Assembly (NCBI GenBank): GCA_964016885.1
Contig: OZ024759.1
Coordinates: 26,660,001-26,724,000 of the forward strand
Source: Eledone cirrhosa
Lineage: Eukaryota
Length of the DNA: 64,000 nucleotides
Direction of reading: 5' to 3'
The notes below the pieces were generated by a model, which worked only from the letters and a program-made list of their open reading frames with translations, was not told where the DNA came from and searched no databases. Position 1 is the stretch's first letter. Each line of letters opens with the position of its first letter. Positions 36,408 through 50,366 of this stretch are shown here, piece by piece. Position numbers and translations under genes: made by a program.

Positions 36408-36689
36408 CTTGTATATAAAATAAAGTTAAATAAAAGTCAAATGATTAAAATTTAGCTTCGTTTATTACTGCTATATATATTTCAGTGACAGCCATCTTTG
36501 GCTGTGACCTCTTCAGGCAGTTTGAATTAGTATGGTATAGACAAGTACATATGTTGTTTAGGTGTATGATATTGTCAATACTCTGATATGCTCAGTTCCT
36601 TGTTGGGTTGTTAATTCACTGGGGAACTGGAGTCATAGTTATATATATATATATTTGCTTGTATATATATATATTTATATATATATTTG

Positions 36690-36726
<37 letters not shown>

Positions 36727-37467
36727 TAGCAGATTAAATATATAGTCAAATATATATATTTGCTTGTATATATATATATATTTGCTTGTATATATATATA
36801 TATTTGCTTGTATATATATATATATATATATTTGCTTGTATATATATATATATTTGCTTGTATATATATATATATATTTGCTTGTATATATATATATATA
36901 TTTGCGTGTATATATATATATATTTGCTTGTATATATATATTTGCTTGTATATATATATATTTGCTTGTATATATATATATTTGCTTGTATATATATATA
37001 TATATTTGCTTGTATATATATATATATATATATTTGCTTGTATATATATATATATATTTGCTTGTATATATGTATTTGCTTGTATATATATATATATTTG
37101 CTTGTATATATATATATTTGCTTGTATATATACATATATATATATTTGCTTGTATATATATATATATATATATTTGCTTGTATATATATATATATATATA
37201 TTTGCTTGTATATATATATATATTTGCTTGTATATATATATATATTTGCTTGTATATATACATATATATATATTTGCTTGTATATATATATATATATATA
37301 TTTGCTTGTATATATATATATATATATATTTGCTTGTATATATATATATATTTGCTTGTATATATATATATTTGCTTGTATATATACATATATATATATT
37401 TGCTTGTATATATATATATATATATATATTTGCTTGTATATATATATATTTATATATATATTTGCTT

Positions 37468-37492
<25 letters not shown>
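35920..37492. repeat. (TA)n-TTTGCTTG minisatellite interrupted by the hammerhead-bearing fragment
   Basis: Direct reading. Confidence 0.9.
36467..36521 (-). ncRNA. Third copy of the same hammerhead family
   Basis: Same motif with a C>T change at the stem II closing pair (G-U); lies in a ~220-bp fragment (36416-36640) homologous to 49345-49560. Confidence 0.75.
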
Positions 37493-37499
<7 letters not shown>

Positions 37500-37998
37500 T
37501 AGCAGATTAAATATTTGCTCTACGGTTCTTATATATTTGATATATATTTATCCTTATCGAGCCCTCTTTGGATTTTAGTCTTCAAATTTATTATTATTAC
37601 TATATATATATAGTTTCGTTGAAAAGTATATTAATGTGCACAGACACGCAGATATATTGCCCTTGGTATAACAGTGTGGTTTTAGCTCAATGTAGGATAA
37701 CTAGTATACTACAGAGCCATTATATATATATATATATATATATATGCATATTTGATTATGTGTGTCTCTTGTGATTATGCATGCGCATGTTTCTATCTCT
37801 GCATGTGAGTATGTGTCATTAGTTACGTCTCTTTACGATCTGAGATCAAATCCCGGCAAGGTTAACTTTGCCTTACGAGGTCGATAAAATAAAGTACCAG
37901 TAATGTACTGAGTATTTGCTGGCCTTGTATGTATATTTGCATGTATGGCTTCATACATATATGAAATGTATGTGCATATATATATATATATATATATA

Positions 37999-38083
<85 letters not shown>

Positions 38084-38251
38084 ATGTACACAGTCTATAA
38101 GAGTGTTTTAGCCAACAGGCCTAACATGTCATTGCCACCTGACAATATAACCTTTGCAACTAAAATTGTATAACCTGAAATCCATGTTGATTCGACAGAT
38201 AAACACACATGCAGATATACACACAGAAACTTACACACACACATATACGTA

Positions 38252-38293
<42 letters not shown>

Positions 38294-38296
<3 letters not shown>

Positions 38297-38625
38297 ATAA
38301 AGTACCAGTAATTCACTGAGGTCAATTTAATCTACCGTCCCCTCCCCAAAAATTGCTGGCCTTGTGCCTATAGTAGAAATTATTATTATTATTCAGTTAC
38401 AGGTGGATTGGCAGTATCGGTAGAGGGTCGGACGCCATGCTTTGCAGCATAGAGTTACGCCCCTTTATGATCTGAGTTCAAATCCCGCCGAGGTCAACTT
38501 TGCCTTTCATCCTTACGGAGTCGATAAAATAAAGTACCAGTCACGCACTGGGGTCGATTTAATCGACTTTCCCCATCCCCCAAAATTGCTCGCCTTGTGC
38601 CTATATAAGAAATCATTATTATTAT
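38294..38625 (+). mobile_element. Partial plus full SINE family A abutting the exon 7 acceptor
   Basis: Full copy ~38402-38620 flanked by direct repeat TTATTATTATTCAGTTACAGGTG. Confidence 0.85.
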
Positions 38626-38629
38626 TCAG

Positions 38630-38715
38630 TTACAGGTGCTGTATTCCAGAACAGTTTGTTCGGAATAGCTTTCACCCTTCCAAGAATTTATGCTAACTGT
38701 GTACTCATTGGAATG
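38630..38715 (+). CDS. SLC29A: ENT exon 7 (VTGAVFQNSLFGIAFTLPRIYANCVLIGM)
   Basis: attcag| (alternative in-frame AG gives a 38636 start) ... |gtaagt; matches ENT1 SFGAILQGSLFGLAGLLPASYTAPIMSGQ. Confidence 0.92.
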
Positions 38716-38824
38716 GTAAGTGAAGCTATGTATCTCCTTGTATTTATGAACGTGTCTGTATGTATTATGTCTGTGTGTGTGTATATGTCTGAGTATGTAT
38801 GTGTGTATATATATATATAAATAC

Positions 38825-38855
<31 letters not shown>

Positions 38856-38871
38856 GGTATATGGATAAGTT

Positions 38872-39149
38872 GTGCTGTGCAGGAGAGAAGACTGGGATGG
38901 TATGGACATGTGATGCGCATGGAGGATGACCGCTGGGTAAAGAAGTGCCAAGAAATCCCAGTAGAAGGAGGACGCAGTAGAGGAAGACTACAAAAAACAT
39001 GGGCGGAGGTGGTGAGAGCAGACCTCAGATTGCTGAAACTCACGGAGGAGATGGCGAAGGACCGTGACAAGTGGAGAGATGCTGTGCTGAATAGGACCTG
39101 TCCCACCCTTGCAAACAGGGAAAAGTGGACGTAAAATGATGATGATGAT
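38872..39149 (+). mobile_element. RTE-like LINE 3' fragment (family B), (GAT)n tail
   Basis: RRLGWYGHVMRMEDDRWVKK...RSRGRLQKTW. Confidence 0.85.
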
Positions 39150-39630
39150 ATAAATATATACATTTATATATATATAAATAAATAAATACATTTATTTATA
39201 TATATATATATATATACATTTATACATATATTTATTATAAGAACAGACTAAACTTTAAGCAAAGAACCACTGCTTTCACCCTTATTGAGCCCTATTCAGA
39301 TTTTAGCCTTCACATTTATTATTATTATATATATATATATATATATATAGATAGATAATTGTGTGTGTGCATTATGTCTGTATGTGTGTGTCTGTTTGTT
39401 CGTTTGTCTGTCTGTGTGCACTGTTCTATTTGTACCAAAAGATATGGATCGCCAAGACTATAGGAGTTTTTTCCCTTGCTCAGTTCTCCTCTCCGAAACA
39501 ACCATAAAAGGAGTTTTAATCAAAGTATTATGAGTATAATCTCAGTTGACAGAAGTTATATTTCCCTCCTCACTAAAAGCAGATACCAAAATTCCTTTAA
39601 TACATGAATATATATATCTATAAACAATGG

Positions 39631-39661
<31 letters not shown>

Positions 39662-39708
39662 TACATGTATACATTATGTATATATATATATATTACATGT
39701 ATACATTA

Positions 39709-39758
<50 letters not shown>

Positions 39759-39779
39759 CATACATATATATATACATAC

Positions 39780-39810
<31 letters not shown>

Positions 39811-39815
39811 CATAC

Positions 39816-39846
<31 letters not shown>

Positions 39847-39851
39847 CATAC

Positions 39852-39882
<31 letters not shown>

Positions 39883-39887
39883 CATAC

Positions 39888-40084
<197 letters not shown>

Positions 40085-40099
40085 CATATATATATATAT

Positions 40100-40133
<34 letters not shown>

Positions 40134-40135
40134 AC

Positions 40136-40382
<247 letters not shown>

Positions 40383-40424
40383 ATATATATATATGATATA
40401 TATATATCATACATATCATTGCAG

Positions 40425-40473
40425 AGTGCCTGTGGCTGTTGCTGTTTCATCATCACCATCATATTACTGGCTT
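40425..40473 (+). CDS. SLC29A: ENT exon 8, TM5 ([16 protein letters not shown])
   Basis: cattgcag| ... |gtaagt; phases 0/1 fit. Confidence 0.85.
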
Positions 40474-40552
40474 GTAAGTATATAAATACATATATACACA
40501 TATATGCAGACACACACACACCCAGAAAAACATATGCACACACACATTTATG

Positions 40553-40608
<56 letters not shown>

Positions 40609-40677
40609 TATATATGTGTGTGTGAAACTAATATGACTGTTTTTGCATCCCTGTTTTTGTCTTGTATATTTTTGTAC

Positions 40678-40715
<38 letters not shown>

Positions 40716-40844
40716 TATACATATATATATACATATATATATACATATATATATACATTTATATATACATTTAAAAATACATATATATATACATATATAT
40801 ATACATTTATATATACATTTATATATACATATATATATACATTT

Positions 40845-40875
<31 letters not shown>

Positions 40876-41420
40876 CACATATATATATATATATTTACTT
40901 ATTTATTTATGTACACACACACACACACACACACACAAATATACACACATAAATATAAAATGGCGTTGATAGTCTGTTGTTAAAGTATTATATATATTAT
41001 ATAGCGTAAAATAAATCTATTGAGCAGTTAATTCATCGTCTATTGAAACTAGAGTGTTACGTACTATATAGAAGATTTGTTATATTCAAATATATACAAT
41101 ACCAGATAACAATAACTGTTGGTGGCTGACAGAAACATTTGCTCAATCTTTTCAGCAAATTCTCTTCTTTTTCTATTCATCAGTCTTTTTTAATATGTTG
41201 AACTGGCTGGTCGCTTTATGCTTCTATATATCTATGTATGTATCTATGTATGTATGAGTGTATATATGTATGTGTATGTGTGAGTGAATATACATATGTG
41301 TATATATATGTATGTATCTATGTATGTGTGAGTGAATATACATATGTGTATATATATATGTATGTATCTATGTATGTATGAGTGAATATATATATGTATG
41401 TGTATATGTGAGTGAATATA

Positions 41421-41473
<53 letters not shown>

Positions 41474-41592
41474 ATGTATGAGTGAATATATATATATATG
41501 TATGTGTATGTATGAGTGAATATATACATATATGTATGTGTATGTATGAGTGAATATATATATATATGTATGTGTATGTGTGAGTGAATATA

Positions 41593-41637
<45 letters not shown>

Positions 41638-41690
41638 CTATGTATGAGTGAATATATATATATATGTATGTGTATATGTGAGTGAATATA

Positions 41691-41737
<47 letters not shown>

Positions 41738-41795
41738 CTATGTATGAGTGAAGATATATATGTATGTGTGTGTATGTGTATATATATATATATAG

Positions 41796-41840
<45 letters not shown>

Positions 41841-42050
41841 GGTGAAGATTAGTATATATGTATGTACCTATGTATGAATGTATGTATGTATATATATATG
41901 ATTGTAATATCTATGTATGTACGTACTCGTATAGGTATTTATGTATGCATGCATGCATATAAGGATTGAAGGAATAGACAGAAGCATACATTTATCTAAT
42001 TTCTATGTCTATCTAATATATATATATATATATATACACACACATGCATA

Positions 42051-42124
<74 letters not shown>

Positions 42125-42129
42125 TATAT

Positions 42130-42160
<31 letters not shown>

Positions 42161-42166
42161 TATATT

Positions 42167-42206
<40 letters not shown>

Positions 42207-42218
42207 TATTTATATATT

Positions 42219-42250
<32 letters not shown>

Positions 42251-43078
42251 TATATTTATATATATATATGTATATATATACATATTATATACATATATAT
42301 ATATTTATATCGAGAGAAAGAGATGTGTGTGTGGGCTTATGTGCATGTATGTGTGAGTGGAGGTCAATGTGTGTAGGACCTGGGAAGTACTTATATATTA
42401 CTAGTCATTCTGTCCACTATTCTTTCAGACTCACAAGCATATACACACACTCTTTCTCAGATATCAAAGCTATTTAAGAGAAATATTTCATCATAGAGTT
42501 TAAATGTCTAGGTAAACCACACCCAAATATAAGACATGCAGCAAAATACAAGTTGCATGGTAAATGTGAAAACAACCCTTAGAAAAATTAAAATTCTGAC
42601 TGAAAAAAATAAACACAACTCTTATTTATTTATTCATTTATTCATTTAATCAATTTAAACGTCCGTATAGAACTAGTATCTGCGGGGCATTGGCAGAGTA
42701 CATTGGAGATAGAATGCTTTATGTTATTTGTTCTGGCTTTCTGTGCTCTGAGTTCAAATCCCACTGAGGTCAACTTTGCCTTTTACCCTTTGAGGTCGAT
42801 AAAAAAAAGTACCTGTCTAGTACTGGGGTTGATTCTTCCTCTATAGCTCTTTCTTATTTGCTCTCTTTCACTTTCTTTCTTTCTCTGAAAGAAATTTGCT
42901 GTACTCAGTCCTGGAGAGGAGATGGGCTTCGCCAGTCTTAAAATGCCCAAGAAATGCTGTATGTCAATACAGCACCCCTACAACTCTATCAGAAGTTACG
43001 GGATCGTACATATATATAACATACATATATATAACACATATATATATAACATATATATATAACATATATATATATAAC

Positions 43079-43121
<43 letters not shown>

Positions 43122-43626
43122 TTTGGGTGGGTCAAATGGGATCATACATACATAGAACTAATAAGCCATGCCAGCTAAATTATTTATAAAAATATAAACA
43201 TATATACCAAACCAAACACTGAATGCGTTTTACTATTCTTGGCAATATTAGGACAATATAACCCTCCCCAAATATAACAATCATCATCATCTATTTTTTG
43301 TTGTGATCATAATTATTTTGGCATAAATACACTGGTTGGATGCACTTCTTAACACCAGCACCACTTTACAGCATGGACTGGGTGTTTTTATTCATGCCAC
43401 CAGCACTAGAGAGGTTGTCTTACTGGAGCCCTCAGATTGTCTTATTCAGGGGCCCTCTCCACATCATAGTTTGGCATGGTGTTTAATAGCTGAATGCTAC
43501 TACCAATATTTATATTATCTTTTCCTTGTGGATCTTTGATGTCATTAATGTTGTAATATTTTGTTTGCTCCATCTCTCTCATTCAGTCTCTCTCTCCATC
43601 CTCCCTCTCTCACTCTCTTTTACCAG

Positions 43627-43724
43627 CTGATTCTCCATTCCGTTACCTTGTGCTTACAGTATTCATCATTCTCATTCTAACATTCCTGACGTCACTATTA
43701 ATATGTTATATCATGAAGAATATA
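43627..43724 (+). CDS. SLC29A: ENT exon 9, TM6 (SDSPFRYLVLTVFIILILTFLTSLLICYIMKNI)
   Basis: ctcttttaccag| ... |gtaagt; phases 1/0 fit. Confidence 0.88.
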
Positions 43725-44016
43725 GTAAGTATGTCTTATATGTAATCTGTGCAACGTTCACGGACAGGTATGGGAGATGAGTACTTAAGACAAGACTCTG
43801 ATGATCCTGTGAATACATTGGGAATCTCTGAAATGTGCATAACAGGATGATGTATTAAACAGTATATGTGATACCACCCAACTTCATTTTCATTATATAT
43901 TTATAAATATATATATAATATAATTATATATATAATTATTAAGCATTCTGTATATCTTTAGATATACAGAATTCACATATATATATAATTGTATATATAT
44001 ATATAAGGATGAGTAT

Positions 44017-44745
44017 ATCATCATCATCATCATTTTACATCCGCTCTTCCCTGCTTGCAAGGGTGGGATGGGTCTTATTCAGCACAGCATCTCTCCACTT
44101 GCCACGGTCCTTCGTGAGCTTCAGCGATCTGAGGTCTGTTCCCACCACCTCCGCCCATGTTTTTCGTGGTCTACCTCTACCACGTCTTCCTCCAACTGGC
44201 ATTTCCTGGCACTTCTTCACCCATCGGTCATCCTCCATGCGCATCACATGTCCATACCACCTCAGTCTCCTCTCTCGCACATTACATTCTATCCCTCTCA
44301 GAAACAGTTTCTCTCTCAACACATTCATGCTGGGTCATTCACGCAAATTGACATTGCACATCCAACGGAGCATGCTTGCCTCATTTCTCTCCAGCCGTCG
44401 CATATCCTCTGCAGTTGCTGCCCATGTCTCACTACCATGCAGCATCGCGCTCCTCACAAAGGCATCATATAACTGGCCTTTCGTACGCAGGGAGAAACCC
44501 TTCTTCGTCAGCAGAGGAAGCAGCTCCCTAAACTTCTTCCAACCCATCCTTATTCTAGATACTATGGCCTCGGAACACCCCCTCCCATGCTAATCTGATC
44601 TCCTAGGTACCGGAAGCTCTCCACCACTTCTATAGCACCCGCCTGCATTTGAAAAATGTGTCTATCAATGCGACTTCTACTGTCTAATTTCCCTGTACAT
44701 CTACTGCATACATATTTCTCCCTACCTGTTAGTTTGCCTGCTATC
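44017..44745 (-). mobile_element. RTE-like LINE 3' fragment (family B), longer copy
   Basis: VVESFRYLG, LYDAFVRSAMLHGSETW, RRLRWYGHVMRM, RGRGRPRKTW; disrupted frame. Confidence 0.88.
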
Positions 44746-44872
44746 CCGAGATATTTATATATATATATATATAAATATAATGAAAACAAAGAGTTGGTAT
44801 CACGTATACGTCTTCTGTTTATTACATTAAATATGATGATTATAAATATATATATATATATAATGATTATAA

Positions 44873-44903
<31 letters not shown>

Positions 44904-44954
44904 TGTTGAAACATCACTGGCTGCCTTTATACACACACACATATATATATACAT

Positions 44955-44990
<36 letters not shown>

Positions 44991-45469
44991 GTGTGTGTGT
45001 GTATGTATATGTGTGTGTGTGTGTATGTATATATGTGTGTGTGTGTGTATGTATATATATATGTGTGTGTATGTATATATATATATGTGTGTGTGTGTGT
45101 ATGTATATATATATGTATGTGTGTATGTATATATATATGTGTGTGTGTGTGTATAAAGGCAGCCGGTGATTTCAACAGATGCCTGACGCCAAGTACTTAA
45201 GTTGTTTGAGTGTCATTGAAACTAACAGTAGTATGGTTTTACGCAGAATCATAGAATATATGTAAATTAAATGTAATGTTGTCCTATTGAGTGCCCTTCA
45301 ATTTGTCATATGAAACTTGGTCATATATATGTACACACACACACACACACATGTTTATGCATACATACACTCACGCACACTCACGCACACACGCACACAC
45401 ATATATATATATATGCATTGTGTTTGTGTGTGTATATATATATATGTATCTATTATGTGTCATTATCAT

Positions 45470-45715
45470 CATCATCATCATCATCGTTTAACGTCCATCT
45501 TCCACGCTTGCATGGGTTTGGACGGGAGTTTTCCGACTTGAGGCAAGAGTGGTTGTCTTGCTCGCATAGGACTGTCTGGCAGGTTTTCTACGGCTGGATG
45601 CCCTTCTTAACACCAACCACATTTACAGTGTGGACTGGGAGGTTTTTACCGTGTTACCTACACGGTCACATTACAGTGTGGACTGTGTGTTTTTTTTGTT
45701 GTGACACCTACACGA
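45470..45715 (-). mobile_element. SINE-like family D with RTE-type 3' end
   Basis: GGTTGGTGTTAGGAAGGGCATCCAGC motif and (GAT)n tail; near-identical inverted copy at 47921-48273. Confidence 0.75.
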
Positions 45716-45828
45716 CCTCATTTGTTTCGGCCTGGATGTTGTGGTACCATGTATTATGTGTGTGTATATATATATATGTATTATGTGTGTATAAATATAT
45801 ACATATATATATAAATGCACACACATAC

Positions 45829-45865
<37 letters not shown>

Positions 45866-45972
45866 TATAGCAATTTATGTAAATGTGAAAAGGAAAACAG
45901 TACTCAATATAGAAGAAAGCAAAAATATATTATTTCTTATGTTCCATGTATGAACATAAATAGATAATATAA

Positions 45973-46011
<39 letters not shown>

Positions 46012-46015
<4 letters not shown>

Positions 46016-46213
46016 AAGTATGACCCCAACAGCAGAGCTCAAGCCGTTTCGACGGCTATTTCTGGACTAAAGTAAGAGTTTTCTTAATTTAGTCCAGAAA
46101 TAGCCGTCGAAACGGCTTGAGCTCTGCCGTCGGGGTCATACTTTCTCCTATTACCCACTCTACTACCCTAAGTATTGAGTACTCTGGTGCATTATGGTCC
46201 ATCTGGTTCCTTA
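46012..46213. mobile_element. Hairpin-headed short repeat family, copy 3
   Basis: Fold-back 46012-46147 plus the same tail. Confidence 0.7.
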
Positions 46214-46223
46214 TGTGTGTGTG

Positions 46224-46277
<54 letters not shown>

Positions 46278-46506
46278 TACATACATTTTTATTTTTTATT
46301 TTTATTTTATTTTTATTTATTTATTATTATAATTTTTTTTTTTTTCTTCTTCTCGTGCAATGGCCATACTCGATAACGAGGGGGCATCCATCATATATAT
46401 ATATATATATATCAAATCGGACCAAGGAAACAATGTTTCCGTTGGTCTTTCCAATTGCTAATACTATATATATATATATATAGTTATCTCTCTTTTCCTG
46501 TTGTAG

Positions 46507-46611
46507 CATTTCTTTGACTACCACATCCGAAAAGTTGTCACACCAAACTGGACATCAGAAATGAACTTTTCACTACCGCCCCCTCAATGTAAACTCAGAT
46601 TTCATAAAAAG
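46507..46611 (+). CDS. SLC29A: ENT exon 10, central loop (HFFDYHIRKVV...RFHKK)
   Basis: cctgttgtag| ... AAG|gtaagt; phase 0/0. Confidence 0.88.
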
Positions 46612-46653
46612 GTAAGTTAATGGGTCAACTACTACTATTATTATTACTATTAC

Positions 46654-46948
46654 TCCCGCCAAAGTTAACTTTGCCTTTCATCCTTACGGGGTCGATAAAA
46701 TAAAGTACCAGTGATGCACTGGGTAATTGCTGGCCTTGTGCCTAACGTAGAAACAATTATTATTACTATTACTACCAAGGGCAGTGGATTGGCAGTATCG
46801 GTAGAGGGTCAGACGCCATGCTTTCTAGCATAGTTTCGTCCCTTTACAGTCTGAGTTCAAATCCCGCCGAGGTTAACTTCGATAAAATAAAGTACTAGTA
46901 ATGTACTGGGTAATTGCTGGCCTTGTGCCTAAAGTAGAAACAATTATT
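46654..46948 (+). mobile_element. Two SINE family A copies
   Basis: Same consensus. Confidence 0.85.
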
Positions 46949-47419
46949 ACTACTACTACTGCTACAAAAGCAACTTGACCAACGGCTATAACGTAGTTTC
47001 TCTCAGAAAGAAATCAAGTATTTTTTCATACATACACATGCACACATATGTATATATATATATATATATACATATATACACATACATATATATATATATA
47101 CACATACATAATGATATATATATATATATATATATATATAAATGAAAAGTATAGAAATTATTGTGAGCGTGAAGCCAAGAGTATTTCATAATATATAAGT
47201 GACTAGAACGTCAAAATAGAAAAATAGTTAACGTAAGATGTGGGAAAATAATTCAAACTCAATTCAAAAAGAATCAAGACATAGATTTATCCACAGAATT
47301 TTGTGAAATCCAGGGAAAATCAATAGAGCCTTAACTCAGAATAAAATATATATATATATATGTGTGTGTGAATATATATATACATACATATACAATCATA
47401 TATATATACATATATAAAA

Positions 47420-47470
<51 letters not shown>

Positions 47471-47622
47471 ATATTCTAAAGTAATCAGTATTGACCTCCA
47501 GTGGCCTATTGTAGTATTCAGAGGCACAGATTGATATTCCGGAACAAAAACGGACATGTTTTTAAGGAATTAATATACTTAAAATGATACAACAAAATAG
47601 AACATTCTTATGAAGTATCATG

Positions 47623-47655
<33 letters not shown>

Positions 47656-47725
47656 TAAAATTATAAGTTTGAAGAAATATGTGTGTATATATATATATAT
47701 ATATGTATATTAATATATATATATA

Positions 47726-47906
47726 ACAAAGAAAGTATGGTAAGAAACCAGGTGGACCATAATACACCAGAGTACTCGATTCATATATGGACTGTACCCT
47801 TTGATAAGTTCAGCTAGATTCCCACCATCCTAATACTGCTGGCTTAGTTCGGATCTAGCTGTCGAAACAACCGGAGTTCAGCTGTTGGGGTCCTGACTCT
47901 TTTCTT
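47726..47906. mobile_element. Hairpin-headed short repeat family, rearranged copy 4
   Basis: Inverted tail joined to TTGATAAG..CAGCTAGAT/ATCTAGCTG TCGAAAC segment. Confidence 0.6.
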
Positions 47907-47920
47907 ATATATATATATAT

Positions 47921-48273
47921 GTCACGACAAAAAACACACAGTCCACGCTGTAAATGTGGCCGTGTAGGCAACACGGTAAAAACCTCCCAGCCCCACACTG
48001 TAAATGTGGTTGGTGTTAGGAAGGGCATCCAGCTGTAGAAAACCCGCCAGACAGTCCACGCTGTAATGTGGCTGTGTAGGCAACACGGTAAAAACCTCCC
48101 AGCCCCACACTGTAAATGTGGTTGGTGTTAGGAAGGGCATCCAGCTGTAGAAAACCCACCAGACAGTCCTATGCGAGCAAGACAACCACTCTTGCCTCAA
48201 GTGGGAAAACCCCCGTCCAAACCCATGCAAGCGTGGAACACGGACGCTAAACCTGATGATGATGATGATGATG
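47921..48273 (+). mobile_element. SINE-like family D with internal ~113-bp duplication
   Basis: Same motif twice; further copies at ~52745-52955 and ~53850-54012. Confidence 0.75.
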
Positions 48274-48823
48274 TCAAGTTTTATTACAGTGAAGCTGAAG
48301 TTGCAATAAGGCAACAGCAGTCAAATTGTCTGAGGTAGTTTCTATACACTCAAAAATGGAAGAAATGAATTAATTCTTCCCCTCAGAATGAACACATTAA
48401 GATATTCAAGGGGAAAAAACAGGAATAGACCGAGTGTAGTATATATATATATATATATATATATATACGTGAACTCGTATATCTGGTGATATACGGTATG
48501 TTTATAAATAAATATTTTGAAAGCTTTCAGCTATGAATTTAAAAACTAATGGCATAGCACCATCTCGTGTGTTCAAACAAAAGTTAAGGACTATTTATAA
48601 ACTTGCCATATATCGCCAGATTTAGAACTTCATGTACTTCATATACAAATCTATGTTAGAGTTAATGTCATATATATATATATATATATACTATAAGAAC
48701 AGATTAAAGTTTAATCTGTTCTTACAATAAATATTTGCTCTACAGGTTTTTATATATATATATATATAAAATCTTTATTGAGCCCTTTCGGATTTTTCCT
48801 GATGATTTCTCCCAATAGAAGCC

Positions 48824-48888
<65 letters not shown>

Positions 48889-49079
48889 TACAATCCTTTT
48901 TATATACTTTATATTCTGTTTACTGATTTGTTTATTTACTTACTTCTGTTCAATGGGAGGAGTTAAGGAATCCATGGAGGGCTCAATGTGGGAGCAAGTA
49001 TACCCTGTAGGAAGGCAATAATCTAACATATTTAAGTGTCCCTGATCTATATAAAATTCTGTATGTCTCATTTATTAAG

Positions 49080-49182
49080 GTTTGGTTGACAGGATTTAAC
49101 CTGTGCCTTATTCACCTGACAACATCATCCAGTTATCCCAGCATAGGAGGACATGTGCAACGTGTAAATTTTCCTTTTCCAG
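49080..49182 (+). CDS. SLC29A: ENT exon 11, TM7 (VWLTGFNLCLIHLTTSSSYPSIGGHVQRVNFPFP)
   Basis: ttattaag| ... CAG|gtaaat; the TxxxFP motif appears as TSSSYP. Confidence 0.88.
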
Positions 49183-49390
49183 GTAAATGTTTTGTTCAGT
49201 TGATTGTTTTTACTTTCATGCTTTTACACTCTGAAGTTCATTCCCATCCATATCTTTTTGATATTACATTGGCTTGGTGAAGATAAAATAAAACACCATT
49301 CAAGTCCTGGAGTGAAATTATATATATATTTATATATATATATAAAATAAAATATATAAGTCAAATGTTTAAAATTTGGCTTCGTTTATT

Positions 49391-49445
49391 ACTGCTATAT
49401 ATATTTCGGTGACAGCCATCTTTGGCTGTGACCTCTTCAGGCAGT
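49391..49445 (-). ncRNA. Minimal type-I hammerhead ribozyme (inverted twin of 49676-49730)
   Basis: Reverse complement of the + strand copy, in the left arm of the palindrome. Confidence 0.85.
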
Positions 49446-49675
49446 CCGAATTAGTGTGGTAGAGACGAGTACACATGTTGTTGAGGTGTATAACTTTGTC
49501 AATACTCTGATATGCCTAGTTCCTGGTTGGGTTGTTATTTCACTGAGGAACTGGAATCATATGATTCCAGTTCCTCAGTGAAATAACAACCCAACCAGGA
49601 ACTGGGCATATCAGAGTATTGACAAAGTTATACACCTCAACAACATGTGTACTCGTCTCTACCACACTAATTCGG

Positions 49676-49730
49676 ACTGCCTGAAGAGGTCACAGCCAAA
49701 GATGGCTGTCACCGAAATATATATAGCAGT
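49676..49730 (+). ncRNA. Minimal type-I hammerhead ribozyme (Penelope-like element type)
   Basis: Stem I ACTGC/GCAGT; core CTGAAGA; stem II GGTCACAGCCA/TGGCTGTCACC; GAAA; palindromic TATATA stem III; cleavage triplet ATA; AATAAA follows immediately. Confidence 0.85.
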
Positions 49731-50004
49731 AATAAACAAAGCCAAATTTTAAACATCTGACTTATTTATTTTATTTTATTTTATTTTACATTACTCCGGA
49801 GTAACCAAACCAACCTGCGCACTTAGTTGAGTGCTCCAATCTGCATACTGAGGTGTTGGTATACAACCAACATATACTCAAAATATATATATAATGTCAT
49901 TACTACAACACAGGGTCAATGAGCTTTTGATTCCAGAGTCGGGCCAGATTGATACAGATCGTACCTTCAGCTGATCAATAGCGAAACGCTTGTCACCAAT
50001 CAAT

Positions 50005-50190
50005 AATTATTTCTACTTTTGGCACAAGGCCAGCAATTATCCCAGTACATTACTGGTACTTTATTTTATCGACCCCGTAAGGATGAAAGGCAAAGTTAAC
50101 CTCGGCGGGATTTGAACTCAGACCATAAGGGGCCGTAACTCTTTGCTGCAAATCATGGCGTCCGACCCTCTACCGATACTGTCAATCCAA
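50005..50190 (-). mobile_element. SINE family A
   Basis: Reverse-complement full copy flanked by AATCAATAAT direct repeats. Confidence 0.85.
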
Positions 50191-50328
50191 ATCAATAATG
50201 AAGGCTTAACAAATCGTCCTTGTATTATTATATTACACTCTATCTCGCTCTACACCTCGCCACTGACATGAACTTAAACGAGTGCTCACCTGGGTGAACC
50301 TACAGTAACTTCATGTTACATTCCCGGG

Positions 50329-50366
<38 letters not shown>

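Larger units (their letters stand above)
49342..49778. repeat. ~430-bp near-perfect palindrome, no spacer, centre CATATG at 49558-49563
   Basis: Arms are reverse complements with only a few mismatches (e.g. GGAACTGGAATCAT|ATGATTCCAGTTCC). Confidence 0.95.

Noticed and set aside
43797-43845. CTGATGA...GAAA hammerhead candidate
   Set aside because: Extra bases between stem II and GAAA and no stem I pairing
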